Of a stretch of DNA of 64,000 nucleotides, positions 62,241 to 64,000 are shown piece after piece. The notes beneath the pieces are model-generated. The model was not told the origin of the DNA, searched no databases, and was given only the letters and a program-made list of their open reading frames with translations. Source of the DNA: Eledone cirrhosa (taxonomy: Eukaryota); contig OZ024743.1 of NCBI GenBank assembly GCA_964016885.1, positions 343,604,001 through 343,668,000 of the forward strand, read 5' to 3'. The translations under genes were made by a program, and so were the position numbers. Within the stretch, counting starts at the first letter, position 1. Each line of letters begins with the position of its first letter.

Positions 62241-64000
62241 GATTCTTCCTCACTCTGGAAATAATCTGCTGTACTCAGGCCAGGAGAGGGATGGGCTCCG
62301 CCAGGCTCAAAATAACCAAGGAATGCTTTATGTCAATGTGGCCCCCCCTACGACTCTATCAGGAGTTACGGGACCATACCATACAATTCTGGAGTACCTG
62401 TATGTCTGGTAAGTCTATGGATCTGGATCTGTACTTGGAAAGTTCCTCTCCAAGGTGCAGACATGGGCAAGGTTTTTTTTTGGTTTTTGGTTTTGTGGAA
62501 TACAAGCAGTTGCCTTTGCATGCAAGTCATACCATTCTTCATGCCATTCGGTAAATATTGTGATGAATATTGTTTAGAAAATAGTATTAAATAAAGATAT
62601 AGATATGTGTGTGTATAGATATATGTTTGTATTTGTGTATCAAAGAAGTCACACGCAGTTTATAACATAAGATGATGGTGTATTATGTTATTAGTATAGC
62701 AGCATGTATTATTCACCATTTTAGTAGTATATAAGACTGTATAACGTTTTAATATAATTTATTAACAAAGATTATGAGGAGAGCTACGTTAGTTGAGCTG
62801 GCATGTCGAGAGAAATGAAACAAACAAATAAAGGTTCTGTTAGAGAAGACGCAGTTCAGTGGCTGAAGTGAGAAGCCAGGACGCGGTAAAGTTTGGTAGT
62901 TACATTTTGGAATGATGTTTGTTGAGCAAAAACAAATAGTTGTTACGTTAACAAGGTCTAGCTGCAAAAAAAAAAGAAAATTTATCGAAAAGAAGCGGGA
63001 ATTTCTCCCTCTGGGCGGAAATTGAGATACATTTCCCTATGCTTGTAGCGATTGGCTGAACTGAGTCAAACAATGCACGGAAAAGGTATCAATGCGCCAA
63101 CGGAAAGTAGCTCGCTACAATTGTTAAGAGAAATGGAATGAGAAGGTTAGGTCATATGATGAGGAAAGATAAAAGAGGAAGACTACAAGAAATTGCAGAC
63201 AATGATGGTAATAGGGCCAGTGATATTGTGAAAATAATTAGAATAAGATGGTTGGGCCATATGTTGAGGAAGGATAAAAGGGACTGAGTGAGAGGAGTGA
63301 TGGAAATGAATGTGGAAGAAAGTAAAGGAATGGGAAGACCAAGAAATATGACTAAAGATGGTAGAGAAGGAAATGAAAGCTAGGGGCTTGGTGAGAGAGG
63401 ATACAGATGATAGGGAAAACAGAGAAGCTTGTCATAGGATCTGCAAGGCTAACTACTGCTTTAGTAGAGGAGATGGCCTTAAAATGCTTGTTGTTGTGTA
63501 GTTTGGAACTACCATATCTATTTGTATATAAGCCAAGAAATATGGGTCCAAAATATCGATGGTAAAGCGCGGGTGGGGTGGGGTGGGGGTGGGGTGTGTG
63601 TGTACTTATATTCAAGGTCAATATTTTGCCGATTTTCACCAACTTCAAATTCTACATAAATAAAGTGCTAAAATATCTTAAGTGATTATTTTACAATGAA
63701 ACAGTGTTTATCTTCATTTACTACATCGTCATTAGTGTTATTTATGCATTCCCTTGAAAATATTTTCAATAAATTTTTATAATTTGAACTTTTTAATACA
63801 TAAATATCCCTTATACATATATGCATGCAGATGTGCACACATGTACACTCACATACATACATACATGCACTAGTGCACACTGACTGTTTTTCTCTGACTT
63901 AATATGATTGAAATCTTACTTCTCATTTGTATTTTATTGCTCTCACTCTCTCTCCCCCTCACTTGCTGTGTTTTCCTGCCTTTTCTACTCTATCAATCCA

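Overview
AT-rich, repeat-dense animal genomic DNA. The SINE and RTE repertoire points to a coleoid cephalopod, probably Octopus (inference). Two spliced genes are transcribed divergently with starts about 8.2 kb apart. UBE2Z (minus strand) has 6 coding exons from 26099 down to 85 and continues beyond the left edge. A ZFP64-like C2H2 zinc-finger gene (plus strand) has 7 coding exons from 34328 to 60759, about 1345 aa. All exons join in frame with GT-AG sites. Introns and the intergenic region hold RTE, CR1, L1/Tx1 and CRE-like LINE pieces, tRNA-derived SINEs, hAT, piggyBac and mariner MITEs, non-autonomous Helitrons, Penelope-like palindromes and satellites. Most notable observations: (1) different Helitrons inserted at the same position of a 36-bp minisatellite unit, one of them a composite with two 5' ends; (2) hammerhead-ribozyme-like motifs in UBE2Z intron 1 and just after the ZFP64 stop; (3) a shared ETS/E-box/YY1 promoter module at both genes, plus a uORF; (4) a 2.2-kb tandem duplication with an RTE in one copy only; (5) a chimeric segment shared by introns of both genes. 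No prokaryotic system or CRISPR array is supported. Everything was read by eye with no database searches; repeat boundaries are approximate.
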